From the NCBI RefSeq assembly GCF_003704095.1, contig NW_020846280.1, positions 248,001 to 312,000 on the forward strand: a stretch of DNA of 64,000 nucleotides, in the 5' to 3' direction. The stretch's first letter is position 1; each line of letters starts with the position of its first letter. Positions 1 to 14,700 of this stretch are shown piece by piece. The notes beneath the pieces were generated by a model that did no database searches, was not told the DNA's origin, and was given only the letters and a program-made list of their open reading frames with translations. Source of the DNA: Pocillopora damicornis. Its lineage: Eukaryota. The position numbers were made by a program, and so were the translations under genes.

Positions 1-1530
1 GCCTCTGCCAAAAAATTAACATCGCTTTTGTAAACGGCTTTAACTGTTATTTGTTGCGTTATCTTGTTGTAAAACCGACTAAGACAAGCTAGAGTAGCTT
101 AATTTTCTCTCGTAAACGATTTGAATTTCATTGAGAGAGTCTCTAGGCAGCACTCAAAGTCAATGATGTAAATATCCACGTATTATTTGAGGTAAGTTAT
201 CTTCTTCAATTTGATCGCAGCCAAAACTCATTCAAAATAATTGTCTAACACATATTTTAATTGTTAGAGCTCGATAAGTGTAATAGAAGTAATCTTAATG
301 TAGAGAATGGCTTTGTAATTTATTTAAAGGCGGGGATAACGTTTATGCAAGTCATTAAACGCAGTTTCAATTTTTTACTTTGAATGACTTTGCGTTCACA
401 TATTCGTACCTGACGCGCCATATTATATTTTTCGTTTTGATATTGCGATTAAACATTTATAGCCAAGAAACCATATGTCTAACAAAGTGACACAATTCGA
501 CGGGAAAATGTAATCTAAACTCTCAGAAAGCAGGTGGTAGAAACTCGCCTACAGTTCCATGTTTCTGAAATGATTAGCAGCTCATAGTAATTTCTTCTGT
601 AGGGAAAACAGTATTTTCAGTTAGTAATGTGTTTTGTCAGGGTATCCTTCGGCAATAATTTTTTATGCCTTTGGGCCTGAGCTGACTCAGTCTCAGAATA
701 TTCAGTTGAAAACAAAACCACTCTGTTCTCTGTTGATCTAAATAATTCATAGTTGTTTGATCTAGGAAATCAAACTGTTAATAGGAAAATAGTTGTTGAC
801 AAAGACAGAATGGAGTGTAGGTTTGAAAATCACTTTGTAACTTCCAGATCTCTTCCTAGAGGAAGTGATTTAAAAATGATAACATCACTATGTGAAAATT
901 AAATTTTATCTGACTTTAAATTTTGCAATGCACTATCTCAGCTATTGATGACAAGCTAAAGATGTGATTATTTTAAGTGACGAATTCACCTTTGTTTGTC
1001 TCTGTGTACCTAGTTTTGTAATTCGATTCGATCAATTTTTAAGTGTCTATTTTTTGTTTTGTTTTGTTGTTGCCTTAGAAATTAGTGATGATCAATACTT
1101 TTTACTCTATATAATTTTTATTTCATATTTTACCATGAGTGGGTTAATTCTTTTAATATATGTGAGATTGATTTTGAGATATACCCTTTTCTCTGTGGCA
1201 CTGTCTCCTGCATAGTCAGAAGGAGTGTTGGAATCAGAATACCTGGCTAATATGCAGTGATCCTTTCAGCAGAAATGTGTGCGAATTTAATATGTAAAAT
1301 TTTGTTTTTGATGTGGAAATCAACACAAAACCTTCATTTGAGAATTCTAAAGTGACTAAATATTACAGAAGTAACATGTTTTAAACGAATCAGGGAAAAA
1401 TTTGTTTTTATTATTTCACTGCTTAATATTTTGACCTAATGTTACTTTGCTGTTGAAAATGATGTACTGAAGAAATCATTAAAATGACCATATCACCATG
1501 GATTGCTACTTAAGTTTGATTCCTGATTCT

Positions 1531-1742
1531 TTAACCTTTCAAATCTCAAGATCAGATTGTTAATTCTCCCCACAAGCTGCTACACATTTCCTTGTAAGTT
1601 AGTTGTCAGAATTTAGTGTTGGACCAGGATAACAACTTCTACCTGATAAGTTTGTGTATTCTCATTACCTGTTTATTGGATAATGTATAGATACTTAGAG
1701 AGAGAAGTTACATGTTTATCACTTATAGGAGTTAATGGTTAA
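1531..1742. mobile_element. ~210-bp TTAA-flanked MITE
   Basis: TTAACCTTT...GGAGTTAATGGTTAA imperfect TIRs. The internal sequence is shared with 6770-6973 (inverted) and 32889-33105. Confidence 0.7.
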
Positions 1743-3270
1743 GAAAGAATGTCTAATTAAAATTTTTAATTCATACAAATAGCACTGACCAATTTCAGTA
1801 TCAGAGAAACTGTGCACCCATTCCCCCCCCCCCCCCCNNNNNNNNNNNNNNNNNNNNNNNNNNNNNNNNNNNNNNNNNNNNNNNNNNNNNNNNNNNNNNN
1901 NNNNNNNNNNNNNNNNNNNNNNNNNNNNNNNNNNNNNGTAGTTGCAGTTTTGTGTGACATTCAAAGTTGAGATGCTGTCATCTTATACCTCCCTCACACT
2001 GCTTGTATCTTCATCAATGGCAGCTTTTTAAGCCTTTATTACGTAATTTAGTCATTTTGGTGGTTGCTATGGATGAACTTTGGAAAGATATCTCTTTCTG
2101 CGCTTTCCTTGGTTTAATTTCCATTGTTAGGTAAGATTTGTCTTACAATGTTCCCTAAAATCAAACTTTTGGATTAGGCAAAGAGTGGTTGAATTTATCA
2201 AATAATACAATTTCATTCTGCCTAAAAAAACCAAAACAGAGGGAAAAAACAACACACCAGACCTGTCATATGTTCATAATTTCCTGTCAATTTAATTTTA
2301 TTATTAATTTAATTTTGTCGAAGAGAAATTCTTTAAATCCAAATAAAGGGAGAATCTAATCAAACTGGTTTGAAAATTTTAAACCTGTCCAATGAAAAAA
2401 ATTTAACAATGATGACACATTGAGTGTTCCGAGGGAGATAGCTACTTTCATTGAGTTGGCTGGTAAAAAATTTATTTTACATTTTCCAGTTATGAAAGGA
2501 TTCTCATTCAGTTAAGCCTTGGTAGACAACTGGAACAAGGATCTTCCATTGGTATTAAATCATCAGAAAATGACTTTCTTATAAATTTTTTCACATGGTA
2601 TTTGTGATGGTAGTCAAAAACAAATTGTAAGTCAGAATGAATGGTGTCAATTAAACTAAATTAAGAAATCTGATTTATATTATGCTTTTTTGGAGATTAA
2701 ATTCACTTTAACCTGGTTTAAATTTAGGAAAATAAGAAATTCTGATGGAGTTTTGAGCAACAGTTTTCTGTGCTGAATCTCTACATGCTTTTTATGTAAA
2801 ATAAAAATTAGGTGTGCAGATATTGGCCCTCGACATATTTCAAATAAATTTGGTCTAGGAAATATGTTGATTTGATTTCCATGTCATGACCTTCCATGCT
2901 GATTTCCTTACTAGAAAAATATTTTTAAGTCTATAAATTTGTTTCAAATAGTATATTAATTAAAATATGTGAACAAAAGTTTAAACATAATTAAAAAATA
3001 TAGAAATGATTGTTTTAGTGTATTAGATATCCTGTTATTACAATCATGTATTATTTGCTATCTTGTGCTAATCTTTGTTTGATACTGTTTGTCAATTAAG
3101 TGTTACCGATAATTTATACAGGTGATAGCCATTGTATAAATTCAATTGTTGTCTTTCATCCTGAAGAGACAGTTTTTTGAATTGTGTTGCAAATACATGA
3201 ACACTTTTGTATTGTTGTAATCTAGTCTGAGTGACAGCTGGTTTTTACCAGTTTGCTTATGTAATCTGCA

Positions 3271-4200
3271 AACAGGAAACTCTTCTTACGTCTAATGTTA
3301 GTTTTCAAAACAGGAAGATATGTTCTGAGCAATGCAGGACTTATTTGTTACGTTGGGAAAATTAGCAGTAAGGTGACTCTCCAGGAAATAGTTCCACAGT
3401 GAAAAGAAACTTTGCAATTACTTTTCTCATCCAGTGCTTAATTAATGTTTTCCATTATGGAAGGTATGTTAGTAGTAGTGTTGTGCATAACTACATATTA
3501 GGATCTTTTGACAGGAAACTAAATTCTGTTTCATATTTATGAAAACTTTAGCACATTACATGCTGTCAAGATGATGATAACAAACCCATCAGCAACATCA
3601 AAATAGTTGTATCTTTAACTAAACGTGAGCAAGAGTTTTGTTATTTGAAATTGATGTTGACACTTTAAAAATGCTTGAAGATATTTTAAGTTAACAAGTC
3701 AGGAGAGTTAAAATATTCTCTGTTTTATCAACATTAAACAGGAAACTTTACTCAAGTCTAATGTTAGTTTTCAAAACAGGAAAATATATCCTGCGCAATG
3801 CGGGACTAATTTGTTACGTTGGGAAAATTAGCAGTCGAGTGACACTTCAGGAAATAGTTGCGCAGTGAAAAGAAACTTTACAATAGACTTCTGTTCTCAT
3901 CCAATGCGTAATGTTTTTCATTATGGAAGGTATGTTAGTATTCGTGTTGTGTATAACTACATATTAGGCTCTTTTGAGAGGAAACTAAATTCTGTTTTCA
4001 AATTTATGAAAACTGAAGCACATTTACATGCTGTCAAGATGACGATAACAAACCCATCAGCAACATAAAAATAGTTGTATCTTTAACTAAACGTAAGCAA
4101 GAGTTTTGTTATTTGAAACCGATGTTGACACCTTAAAAATGCTAGAAGATATTTTCAGCTAACAAGTCAGGAGAGTTAAGATATTCTCTGTTTTATAAAC
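3271..4200 (+). repeat. Intronic direct tandem duplication, 2 x ~465 bp
   Basis: 3271-~3735 and ~3737-4200 share AACAGGAAAC..TCTAATGTTAGTTTTCAAAACAGG..GTTACGTTGGGAAAATTAGCAGT..AACAAGTCAGGAGAGTTAA with scattered substitutions. Confidence 0.9.
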
Positions 4201-5112
4201 CTTTAACAAAATCTTTGCAAGGTCATCCCTTATGCTATTTATAAACAGTTTTGTTATGAAGAATAAATAGACCTAATAGATTTGATATTGTTTTGAAATA
4301 GAGGTTATTTGTGGTCAAGTTATTTTGAGGTGTTTTAATACACTGTATGCTGCTTTTGATTCTAGACTTACAGAATTCATATAACAATTCTTAAAATTCT
4401 TGTGTAACTAACAAGAGACATAATTTTTCTGAAGATTTCACTGTTGTATACATGTACATAATCACAACTTATACAAAATGGGGTCAGTAGGAATGTTCTC
4501 TTTGGAAATAAAAAGCCAGTTTTCAGAGTGTCTGTATAGAGTATAGCTTAATAATTTAATTTATCATTTGGAACATTTATTTTAGGGCAGTGTTTGTTTC
4601 ATTACATGAAACAGAGACATGTTTAAAGTTTCTTGCTTTATTGACAACAATTTCCAAAGATATTAACAGTAGATTACCAGGAGGTACCCAGGACTGTAAC
4701 TGAGGAATAAGGTTGCTGACTGAAATTCCAAGTGAGGCAGCTCAATTTGATATCCAATGATTGTGCTTAATCTGAGAAGTGTCCATTGTGCTTTACTGAG
4801 TGATCACTGGCCAAAATTCCACTGTGGTGATCACTGCTTATTCATGCTGCAAATTTTGTTAACATGCAGCGCTTAGCAAAAACTCTGGGTACCATCCGTT
4901 TTTCTTTAATTCATATATCTTAAAACATTATATATTCACCTTATCCTCCAATAATATGTCAGTATTCTTCTGATTTGGTGGACTTATATCAAAGGCAGTG
5001 TCTATTGGTTTGTCTGTGAGTTAAATTGGAAGCAGCAATCAGCTCATGGGTCTATAAACTCCTTTTTGATTTTCATGCAGTTTTCAAAATATCTTTTTTC
5101 TTATCATGGCAG

Positions 5113-5214
5113 GCACAGATGTCAAGAACACTGAATTTGGATAAAAGTGAAGCTCTAGATTCAAGTGTAAGAAAGAAAGACGACATTCTTTGCAGATCTT
5201 TGAGATCTTTCAAG
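5113..5214 (+). CDS. Candidate alternative upstream coding exon of the NET1/ARHGEF3 gene (long isoform)
   Basis: Pyrimidine tract plus CAG acceptor at 5112 and AAG|GTAATA donor at 5215, phase 0/0. It encodes AQMSRTLNLDKSEALDSSVRKKDDILCRSLRSFK and splices in frame to the EPTTKK exon at 8912. It resembles the human NET1 long-isoform junction REKDDDVVSLSSLDLK|EPSNKR (recalled). Confidence 0.6.
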
Positions 5215-6769
5215 GTAATACTTTTTGATATATAAAACTGCTTTAATTATATCATTACTAATAATTGTGGCTGGTCATGCAAGTTCATTACTGGTGTTTG
5301 AAATTGAATCCATTCCGTTTTGTAATTTCAAATAATGTTACAGTACAAGTATTGATTCTGAAAGTGTTCAAATTAGTTGTTGAGCCCTGATTTGAACATT
5401 TTCAAACTAATTGCATCATTTGGAGATTACAAAACAGATCCAGTCTGAGGGGTGGGTGGGTGTGTATTACCAGCCAGGGTCAAGCATACTGCTACATTTA
5501 ACCAGGTCAGCTCATCACACATAAGAAAGATAATGAATTTTTGGCCTCAAGTTTTTAGTTAATCTTTATTATTGAAGCTCTAAGCCTTTGATAATTAGTC
5601 AGACCTTGATCTTAAATTTTACATTAACTTTATAGGTGCCCTCAATTTTTTTAATTAAATGAGGGTTTGTTTTTCTAAATCTATTTCAGAAACGTGGCAG
5701 CCATTTAAACATAAAGAATCTTGACATCAAAGATATCAAGGTTGGAATGTATATTCTATCCTTTTGGTTGATATTCTCTGTTTTCTCTCATTATGATAAT
5801 CCCTGCCATCATTTGTGATTATGGATTGTTTACATCACTCTTGAGCTGCTACTTTTTTTGGTTACCATGGTGAGTGGGGAAAATTGTCAAGGCCAAATTT
5901 TCCACAAAAGTTGCCAAGTTGGTGATGTGTTTTAACCATGCAACAAGCTGTTAAATTTCTATTCCTTAATGTTAATTTTCTAAAGTTGGTGGGCATTTTA
6001 TGCAATTGGGATGAAAAAGAAAATGTTTTTTGTGTTATGAAGTAAAATAACTCTGCAGAGTAAGAATTTATGGACATGGATAATTTGCTTTACCCCAAAC
6101 CTTACCTGGGAGTTATACCTGCTTGGAATTCTGTCTGGGTTTTTTTACTAAGCCTCCTCCTCTTATAATGAGTGAAAAATTTTCAACAAACTGTCAGAAG
6201 TTAAAGCTTAGTGGCCAAACAAAAGAACCTGGCTGACAATCATTTTTGGATTTTCACTTGACAATTCAAGAGGTAATACTACGAAGGAGGCAAATTTGTA
6301 CAAAAACAAAAGTGATGTCCAGAGCGTTGGTAATATCAATGGAGTAATTTATCTCACTTCAACTTAATACCATAAACATTGAGTTGGGAGCATATTAGTG
6401 ATTACAGCTTGCAACGTAAGTGTCAAAAACATGGTGCCAAATGGGTGCCTAAGCTTCAAATTAAGTGAGGGGAAACAGACAATGCTGTGTAAAAAGAAAA
6501 TGAGGAAGTGTTAATGATATTTATGGATTTAATTGTTTATCTAACTTCAGTTTGATGCCCTAAACACTAAATTATGCATGAGCATATTAAAGCTTGCTAC
6601 ATATTAAGTGTCAAACACATGGTATCAATGTGGAGACTAACCTTCAAAATTCCTCACATGTTGTTATAGTGACCAAATTGGTGTCAGTGTGGAGCATTAG
6701 TCGTTTTAAAAGCTAACAGAATGTAAGGACACTTATTATAAGAGAGGTTACTTTGCAAAATACGTATCT

Positions 6770-6973
6770 TTAACCCTTAAACTCCCAGAAGTGATAAACA
6801 TATAACGTCTCCCCATAATATCTATCCAGCAGAAAGGTAGTGAAAACACTCAGACCTATCAGGTTAAGTTGTCATCTTGATCTAACACCAAACTCTCGTA
6901 ACTAATTTTCAAGGAAATGTGTAGCAGCTAGAGGGGAGAATTAACAAACAGATCTTGGGAGTGAAAGGATTAA
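6770..6973. mobile_element. ~200-bp TTAA-flanked MITE
   Basis: TTAACCCTTAAACTCCCAG...CTTGGGAGTGAAAGGATTAA terminal inverted repeats. Confidence 0.75.
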
Positions 6974-8701
6974 TGTGTAGGGTCTATTTTTGTTTCACCA
7001 GAAACAATTAAGGAAAAGGAAACGCAGTGATCAGCAAGACAGTGCGACAAATATGGAGATTAAGGTCTGTAAATGAATATCTTGAATGTGTTATTATTAT
7101 TACTTTTATTCATTATGATGTGATATATAGGAAAATTTTTTTTAACAGCTGTGGAATGGAAATAAGCTGTATGGTAATTCTATCTAGGTTTGATAACTTA
7201 GCATTGCAATTTTTGAAACTGCAATTTGGGGTAATTGAAGATTATGGATTTACTTGAGAAGGAGTTAATTGGATCAAACTCTCAAACCAGACCAGAATTA
7301 ATAACAGATGCTTTTATCAGCAATGAAAAAGTGTTTTCATCTTGTAAATGGCCTTTTTTGAGGCTGATATAATTTTGAATGAATGCAAGTTTCTTTTATC
7401 GTGGATCAGCATAAATATTTAAAAGCATATGCTAAGTGACACAAATCACAATTGTGATTGATGGCTTTGTTGTTCAATTTAGTTAATAACGATCAAGCTT
7501 ACTACAATTTAAAATGGCAGTGCCCTTAATAAGATCTTAAGAATATGGCTGCTTGAGTTTATCACCTGTCAGAAACTGGGCACATGTTTTAGTTTCAAGT
7601 GGAAAAAATTCTAAAATACTTGAGAATGTAGACTGTTAAACTTCTGGATGAAGAAGAATAACCAGCAGTATTAGACAATGGAAAAAAAAAAGATTTATGC
7701 AACTAAGTCTGGGGCATCATTAACAATTACAGAAAAACAACATATACTGCTTTTTACCCTGAATTTTTTAAATTACCTTAATGTACTGTGAATCAAATAC
7801 TTAGTCCTTCTAATATTGCACATTAATTTCTTTTAAATGTGGATTATTTCGCAGTGCTTGTCAAGCATAATACTGAACTTTTTGACTAACATCGTATTAT
7901 GTCAGTAGTGATTTATGATTCGTGCTCATAATAATGTGAAAGATGATCTTTAAAAAGCCCTCTCAGTTTTATACAATAGCTAACATTGATGGCAGAACAC
8001 TCTGTCTTTACCATAACTTATCTGAACTCAGTGATCACGCTTCTTCAAAATAACAAAAGCCTTGTTTCACAGCAAATTGTGAATTTTGGATGTGATCTTA
8101 TTTAATAGTGTTCCACAAAATTTAAGAGAAAGGTGTGTTCATTATATTCACTCCTACGCAACTCACGATACAGCATTTACCAGAATTAGTTATGCAACAC
8201 ATTAAGAAATGCTTGACCGGGATTTACCTAAAACATGTGGGAGAAAGATTTTCCTGTGGTTTTCCTTGCTTGTGGTGAATTCATAAAGGAAGGAATTAAC
8301 TCTTAAAAAGCTCTTGCATTTCAAAGGTGTCTCAGCTATTTGTTCTACTTAGCTTGCTGTATCATGTTTCATTAATGTCTGCTGGATCTAAATTTAACAC
8401 TGAAATGAGGCCTTTGTCTGTGTGGAATTCCTGTGATCATATTTCATTCACACAAATGAGATCAACGTGAAATGGCCCAAGCATCATTTATGATTTGGAT
8501 CTAATCCAAGCAAGTATGATATACACGTACAAACATTTGCCTTTCTAAAGAGTGGATTTTTCAATACCTTGAATGTCACACTTCAGGCGACAGTTGTTAT
8601 TGATTGTGGTTTTTATTTGAGTTTAACGCAACTGACATCTGGTCTGTTTAAAATTTTGCCTCTGCCTGAATTCTCAAGGAGAAACCATCTCAACTTAGAG
8701 C

Positions 8702-11700
8702 ATGATCAAACCGCTTCTTCGCCGCCACAGTATTTCCACTGCCGCTCAGTTCTTTGAGCCGGCTCCTTCACCCACCAGAGCTGTGATTCACCAGGTGTCT
8801 AAAGATTTTACGAGTAGTATATTTTACATTTTCATCAAATGTCTATTGTATCATTTATTTTTGGAACAAAAACAATGTACTGATCAATAACATTTACTGT
8901 CTCTCTCACAGGAACCTACAACAAAGAAGATTTGCCCTGTTTCCAGTATGACTGTGTCAGCTGATGCATCACCTGATGTAGCCAAGAAAGGAATCTTAGT
9001 ACAGGTTTGTTCACATGCCAAATGAAATTCAAAAAATAAATTTAATGTGTGATAGTGCTGTTATTTTATTTTTCTGTCAGTAAAGGCATGTATTTATATG
9101 TATGTCACTGGTTCTAATCTAAACCAAACATGTTAAACCTTTTTGGCTCAATTGCCATCAATCAACTATAAATTTTAAAATTTTGGGAATTATAATTTGC
9201 TTCTTTGAACAAAGGTAACTGTTTTCTCTGGAGAGACCTAACTGATGCTTTTAACTTCAAGAAATCTAATGTACTGGTTCAGCAAAAGTAGCATAAACTT
9301 ATGCTTCTTTCTTTGGGAATTGAATTACAATGTTTTCCGATATCAGTGTCTGCTTTTAGAATCGTACACTTTCATGAAGGTGTCAGGTCTTTGTCTCTCA
9401 TTAGTTAATTAACAGGGTTATCAGCCTCTCCTGTTGTTAAATGCTTCAAGATTTTAATACCCAGAGGTTTTTTTGCTTTTCAGCGATCAGTAAGTTTACG
9501 ATCCAGTCTAACAGTCAAAGATTCTGACTTTGCCAAAAGGTATAGGCTTCTCCCTACTCCAACAAAGCATCGGCCAAGCAAGGTATGGTCTTTGTCATTC
9601 AATTTATCTGCATGTTGTAACATGTCATGTGTAGTTTCGTATATCTCAATTATTCACCCTGAATCATCACCTTCTTTCATTCCTGGGCATTTGCTAAATT
9701 GTATGTTAACAGGGCCAAAAGGAAAATGTAGATTTGCAAATTTTCCATATTCCAAGGATAAAAGACAGAATTTAACTAGATTGGGCTCATAAAAGAGGAG
9801 TAAATAATTCTTTTATTTATAACAGTGTGCTTTAATTCCTAAGGGATTAAAAACATCTTGATAATTTCATTTAGAAAGCCGATGTCATGCAACAGTACTA
9901 GAGTATTTTTGGGACCCTGACTGTAAATTTAATGCTATCATTTAAGTATCATGTTTCCTTACAGAGATTTGAAATAACTCATTCTGCACTTGAAGCAGTG
10001 AAAATTTCTTCTACAATGGCTCATGCACACTACAATGCCTTAATTGTTACTTTCTCACAAGGTCATCATAATATGAATTGTCAATGAGAAATTCTTTGAC
10101 CTTTAAAGCCTACCAATTTGTTTTTTCGCGTTGAAAGCCCACACTTTGACATGAAAATTCAATTTACTCTCTCTCTGATCCAATGCAGATAATCGTGTTA
10201 ACTGCATTTATAAATGCTGTAGGTAGCTTTAGTTAGAAACAATGTTAACGGCCACATTGTTCAATGCATTATTTTCTGCATTTGACTGATTAGACATAAT
10301 GATTAAAAAGATTTAATGCCAAAATTATTAAGTTACTATTTTTGCCTGACTATTGCTTCTTTGAAATAACGCAATTTTTCAAGTTGCCTTTTGCCTTGTT
10401 CATCCTATTTCCTATTCTCATGGATGTTAATGAAAATGTTAAAAATTTTAAAAGAAGCAAGAGTATTTTTTCACTCCTTCTGTTTTATATAGGACACTCC
10501 AATTAGAATAACCACAAGCTAATTTTGCAAAGTAAACATAGCAGATAACAAGATTTAAAAGAATCCAACAAGCTCGCAGGAAATTTGATTTAGCGGGCTT
10601 TTTAAGAGAGCTTTTGGTGTTAAACTTTGAACTTCAGGGAAACAAACTTAAGGATTTGTAAGTGGCAGTGGTGAACTCTAAGCCAAACTGTCCATTCATG
10701 CTGTGATGAACACTCGCCATAATAAAAGTGAAGAGGTGTACATTGACAAATAGAGTACTTATCATTTAGTTGAATATGAACAAATAGCTATTTACATTTT
10801 CAGTGAGAAAAACCTAAAGGAATATTTTTTATAATCAGCCAAACCGAACATTGAAAGAAATTTTGTTTTCTTAAACTAAGTTTTTTTAAGGTGTGCTTTA
10901 TTTGATAAATTTCTCAGTTTTAGAGTTTAGAGGTTTAAGATTTCTTGATTTGTTGTTGTCTTCCTATATTAGTCTTGGAGTGAGACAGTTTCTAGCAATG
11001 GAATTAGTACTACTCTTTCACAGACTGAAATAAAACGGCAAGAGGTGAGTTTAGCAAGTTTCAGACAAGCAGTTAGCCAATTTCTGTCTCCTGAAATTTT
11101 CATGTAAGCTGTACAAAATGTATTTACCCTTATAAACAAAGTTTTCCATGGCTCAGTGGTAGAGAATTGTGCAGCAAAATTGGAAGCCCTGGGGTCCAAT
11201 TCTTGCTGTGTACTCAAATATTTTCTTTCTCTGTTGCTCATGACAAAATGAGTGACAAAATTCTTTTTTCAAAAGAGCTTGCTAAAAATTTCCCTTCTTT
11301 CTGATCAAGCACTGGGATGCAAATTTTTAAGGCCAAACTGAAAAACTGAAAACATAAGGTTTTTGTGTTTTCATGACACCATCTAAGAGACGCTTTTTAT
11401 ACTCATGTTAGACCAGAATTTATTTTATTAAAGTCATCATGCTCTCAAAAATGGTATTACCAAACTGACATCAAAATGTTGAGCCGCAAGAAAAGAGTTT
11501 TTCTTTACTTGATTGTTTGAAAATTTTCATGGTCCAGATTTCATTTTGAGGAAGTCATTATCCTGGTTTGAAATTTCAAGAAGTGAATTTTTTCTGATGA
11601 CAGGCTATTTATGAGGTTTGCACAGGAGAAGAAAATGTTGTGGCTGATTTGAAAATGATAAAGGAGGTAAGAGATATCTCAAGATATTATTAGAGATTTA

Positions 11701-14700
11701 AATTGTGTATCTTGGAATTCTTATCTTGTTTGATGTGAAGTGGCTGTCTTTCCTCAGTTTAAACTCTGCTGCTCAACTAGTCTGTGAACCCTTACACTCC
11801 CCGATCTTAGTGGTAATTCTCCTTACTACCTGCTTTCAATTCTTATGAAGTTAATTTGAAGAATTTGATATAGGATCAACTAGGTATCCCCTTGATTGAC
11901 ATTTGTCTTTATTCTCATCTCTTGTTTGCTTGATATTGTATTGATACTGTAGGAGGAAATTCTGTCTTGGTCACTCATGGGGTGAACAGGCTCTTATAAG
12001 CACTGTAGTACGATCAGCAAAGCTTTGAGAGAAGAACTGATTAGGGGCCACACTGCTTATTAAAGCCTATTCATGTGCTATTGTTGAATCTCCTTGAGTG
12101 ACTTCCCTTTGAAAGTGACTATCACTTGAAAGAAGAAGATTTTTATATTTTTTTGAAGAGTTGCTAACTGTTGTTGCCATTTGTTATCCACCATATTTCA
12201 TGTATATGTATATTAAGCTCCTGTTTTGCATTACTATCCATTTTATTTTTTACTTAATCATTGTGAGCAGGTTATAATCCTAAATATTGTGTCAAACTAG
12301 ATTTTATCTTTGTTGCCATGACATTAAATGACAATCAGTTTTTTAAGGTGCTTAGGGAAACTAATATTGGCTCATGACGGCATTAATTAACTACCCTGTC
12401 TTATTTCTCAGAGTGCTTTTTTTTTTAATTGGCCATGAATAGTCCCTGTATAGTTCTGGGTGATAACAGAGACTTTCTAGAATGTGCAGCCTTAAAAAAA
12501 AAAATCAGTGAGAACAAACAGTCCTCTAACTTGGATTGCTTGGCCCAGAGTATAGCCTCCTAGAGGTCAGCCTCTCCACAATTTATACGATACATGACCT
12601 AGTGTCTGTAAAATGAAAAGAAGGTGGCCATCTTTTTACAAAATAAATTTTAGGAATCTGTTACACTACAACACTATATAAAAGGTTGTCCGCATTTTTC
12701 TGTGGGCACATCTTCGTGTTGTCAGCACTTTGATATTTTTCTGTCTGTGGGTTTTTTAAATTCTCTCCTGGCTTTGCCCAAAAGTTGAAATTGCCAAAGT
12801 GAAGTACCCAGTCTTTCTCTCACAAGGAATCTATTGATGTATTTATAGTTTACTTCATTTGTATGACAATTTTCGTTTTTTACCTGCTAACTGTAAGTTT
12901 ATTTTTTTCTTACAGGTTTATTATGCACCAATGTACAAACTAAAGCTAATGAATGAATATGAATTTATGAAGATCTTTGGCTGTTTAGAAGTATTATTAG
13001 CTCTCCATCAAGGTATGACCCCCCCAAACCCTTTACACCCTAATATTGGCATACACATTCACCCGACTGTTCTCTACACGTTTCCTAAGGTGCTCTTTAG
13101 GAGAATTTGTTTAACATTCAAGAACTTCTTGAGTTGGTGATCATTTCCTTTATTTAGGGGTGATATTGTAAGGAGAAATTAGTTGCTGAACACTCTTAGG
13201 AGTTAAGGGGTTCAAGAGGAGTGTTTTACTTGGGTGCTTTTATGATCCTTGCTATCAATTCTCCCTACAGTTTGCCATACGCATCCTATACTGTTAGCTC
13301 TGAGAATTTGGTTTTGACTCAAACAAAACCCGTGAGGTTGAATTTTGTTTTTTCCCATCATTTTTCTGCTCGATAATGTGTTTCAAGAAGAAAGTATTTG
13401 ATTGAAAAGGCTACCTAAAATACTGCTGAAAATTAATAGTTTGAGACGTAAACTTTGTCGTATTTTCTTGCTTTAGATCTTCACGCGAAGTTAAAAAATG
13501 CAAGATCAAGCGATGGTACAACGGACAGTATAGGAGACATCATGTTAAACTGGGTATGTGTGTGTGGAATTGTTTTATGATTGTGTTTATCGCATGTTTC
13601 TACTATTAGACCTGTTTAGAACACAGAACAACGCTGTTTTCAATCTGGTGAAAAACATTCACCAAATTTCATTTGGAGGAATTCTGTGGTGATGTGTTTT
13701 TGCTCAAGGCAGTCGCTCATATAAATATTTACTACGCTCCAGAAAACGCGCTTCTTTTTCCACACCAATCAGATTTAAGCCTAAGACCAATTGCGTCTTG
13801 GTCACCCGCGTTTTCCCGCGCTTCTGGTGGTTTTGTATCGTTTCATTTTGAGATCTTATTGGCTCCTCGTGACATTTTCTTCTGTTCTGATTGGCTGTTG
13901 TGATTGCTTTGCTTTTGCTTTTACGACACTTTTACAACCGCAAAGATCTTTAAATACAAACAGACCTTTTAGAACCCACAATTCTTAACGAAGTATTGGC
14001 AATGAGTTTCCTTTTTACTTTAGTTTCCAGGTTTAAGATGTTACGCACGATATTGTGCAAACCAATTCGAAGCAAAAACCATTCTCGACGAAAAACTTCG
14101 TCAAGGTGGAAGCGTCGCCGATTTTTTGCAGGTAAATCGCGATTCCTGGCTGTAGACAGGACGTTTCTTAGAAATGAACCTACTGACGTAGGTTGTAATA
14201 ACTTTATGATCCTTGCTATCAATTCTCTATATAACTAATACGTTCCCTCTAACTCTGTGGTAAAGCAATGGACCACAAAATCTTAAGGCCTGGGGATAGA
14301 TTCCTTGTGGGGTGAGTGGGATGGGGCTGGCTTTTTTCGTCGTTTTACTCTCTTTTTATAACATCTGCGTAGAAGGGCAAGGAATTCCTTCCGTCAACCA
14401 CACCTTGCAAGTACCGTCTCCAAGGTCAACTGTGCTATTACTTTAAGTTCAGCGAAAAACCTCCCGGAAAGCGTGGTTTGCGTAGCTTTTCCCGATAAAC
14501 GCCCTTAATCAACGGAACTGGTGCAACGGAAAAAGAACGAGTGCTGACTATTAGATTCGCGGTTTGCGCGTCATTACAGTTTTTTCACCTACCCGTGTTT
14601 TGTTTCTGCTCTTATCTTTGGTTATGGTTTTCCTTTTTTCTCGGAGCGAAGTTATGACATTATGAGCGGAAGATGGGTGGGCGATTTAACACACTAACTC

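Noticed and set aside
147-191. Possible upstream RhoGEF microexon ending GAG|GTAAGT
   Set aside because: Strong donor but weak acceptor and no homology; it may be a UTR exon and cannot be supported.
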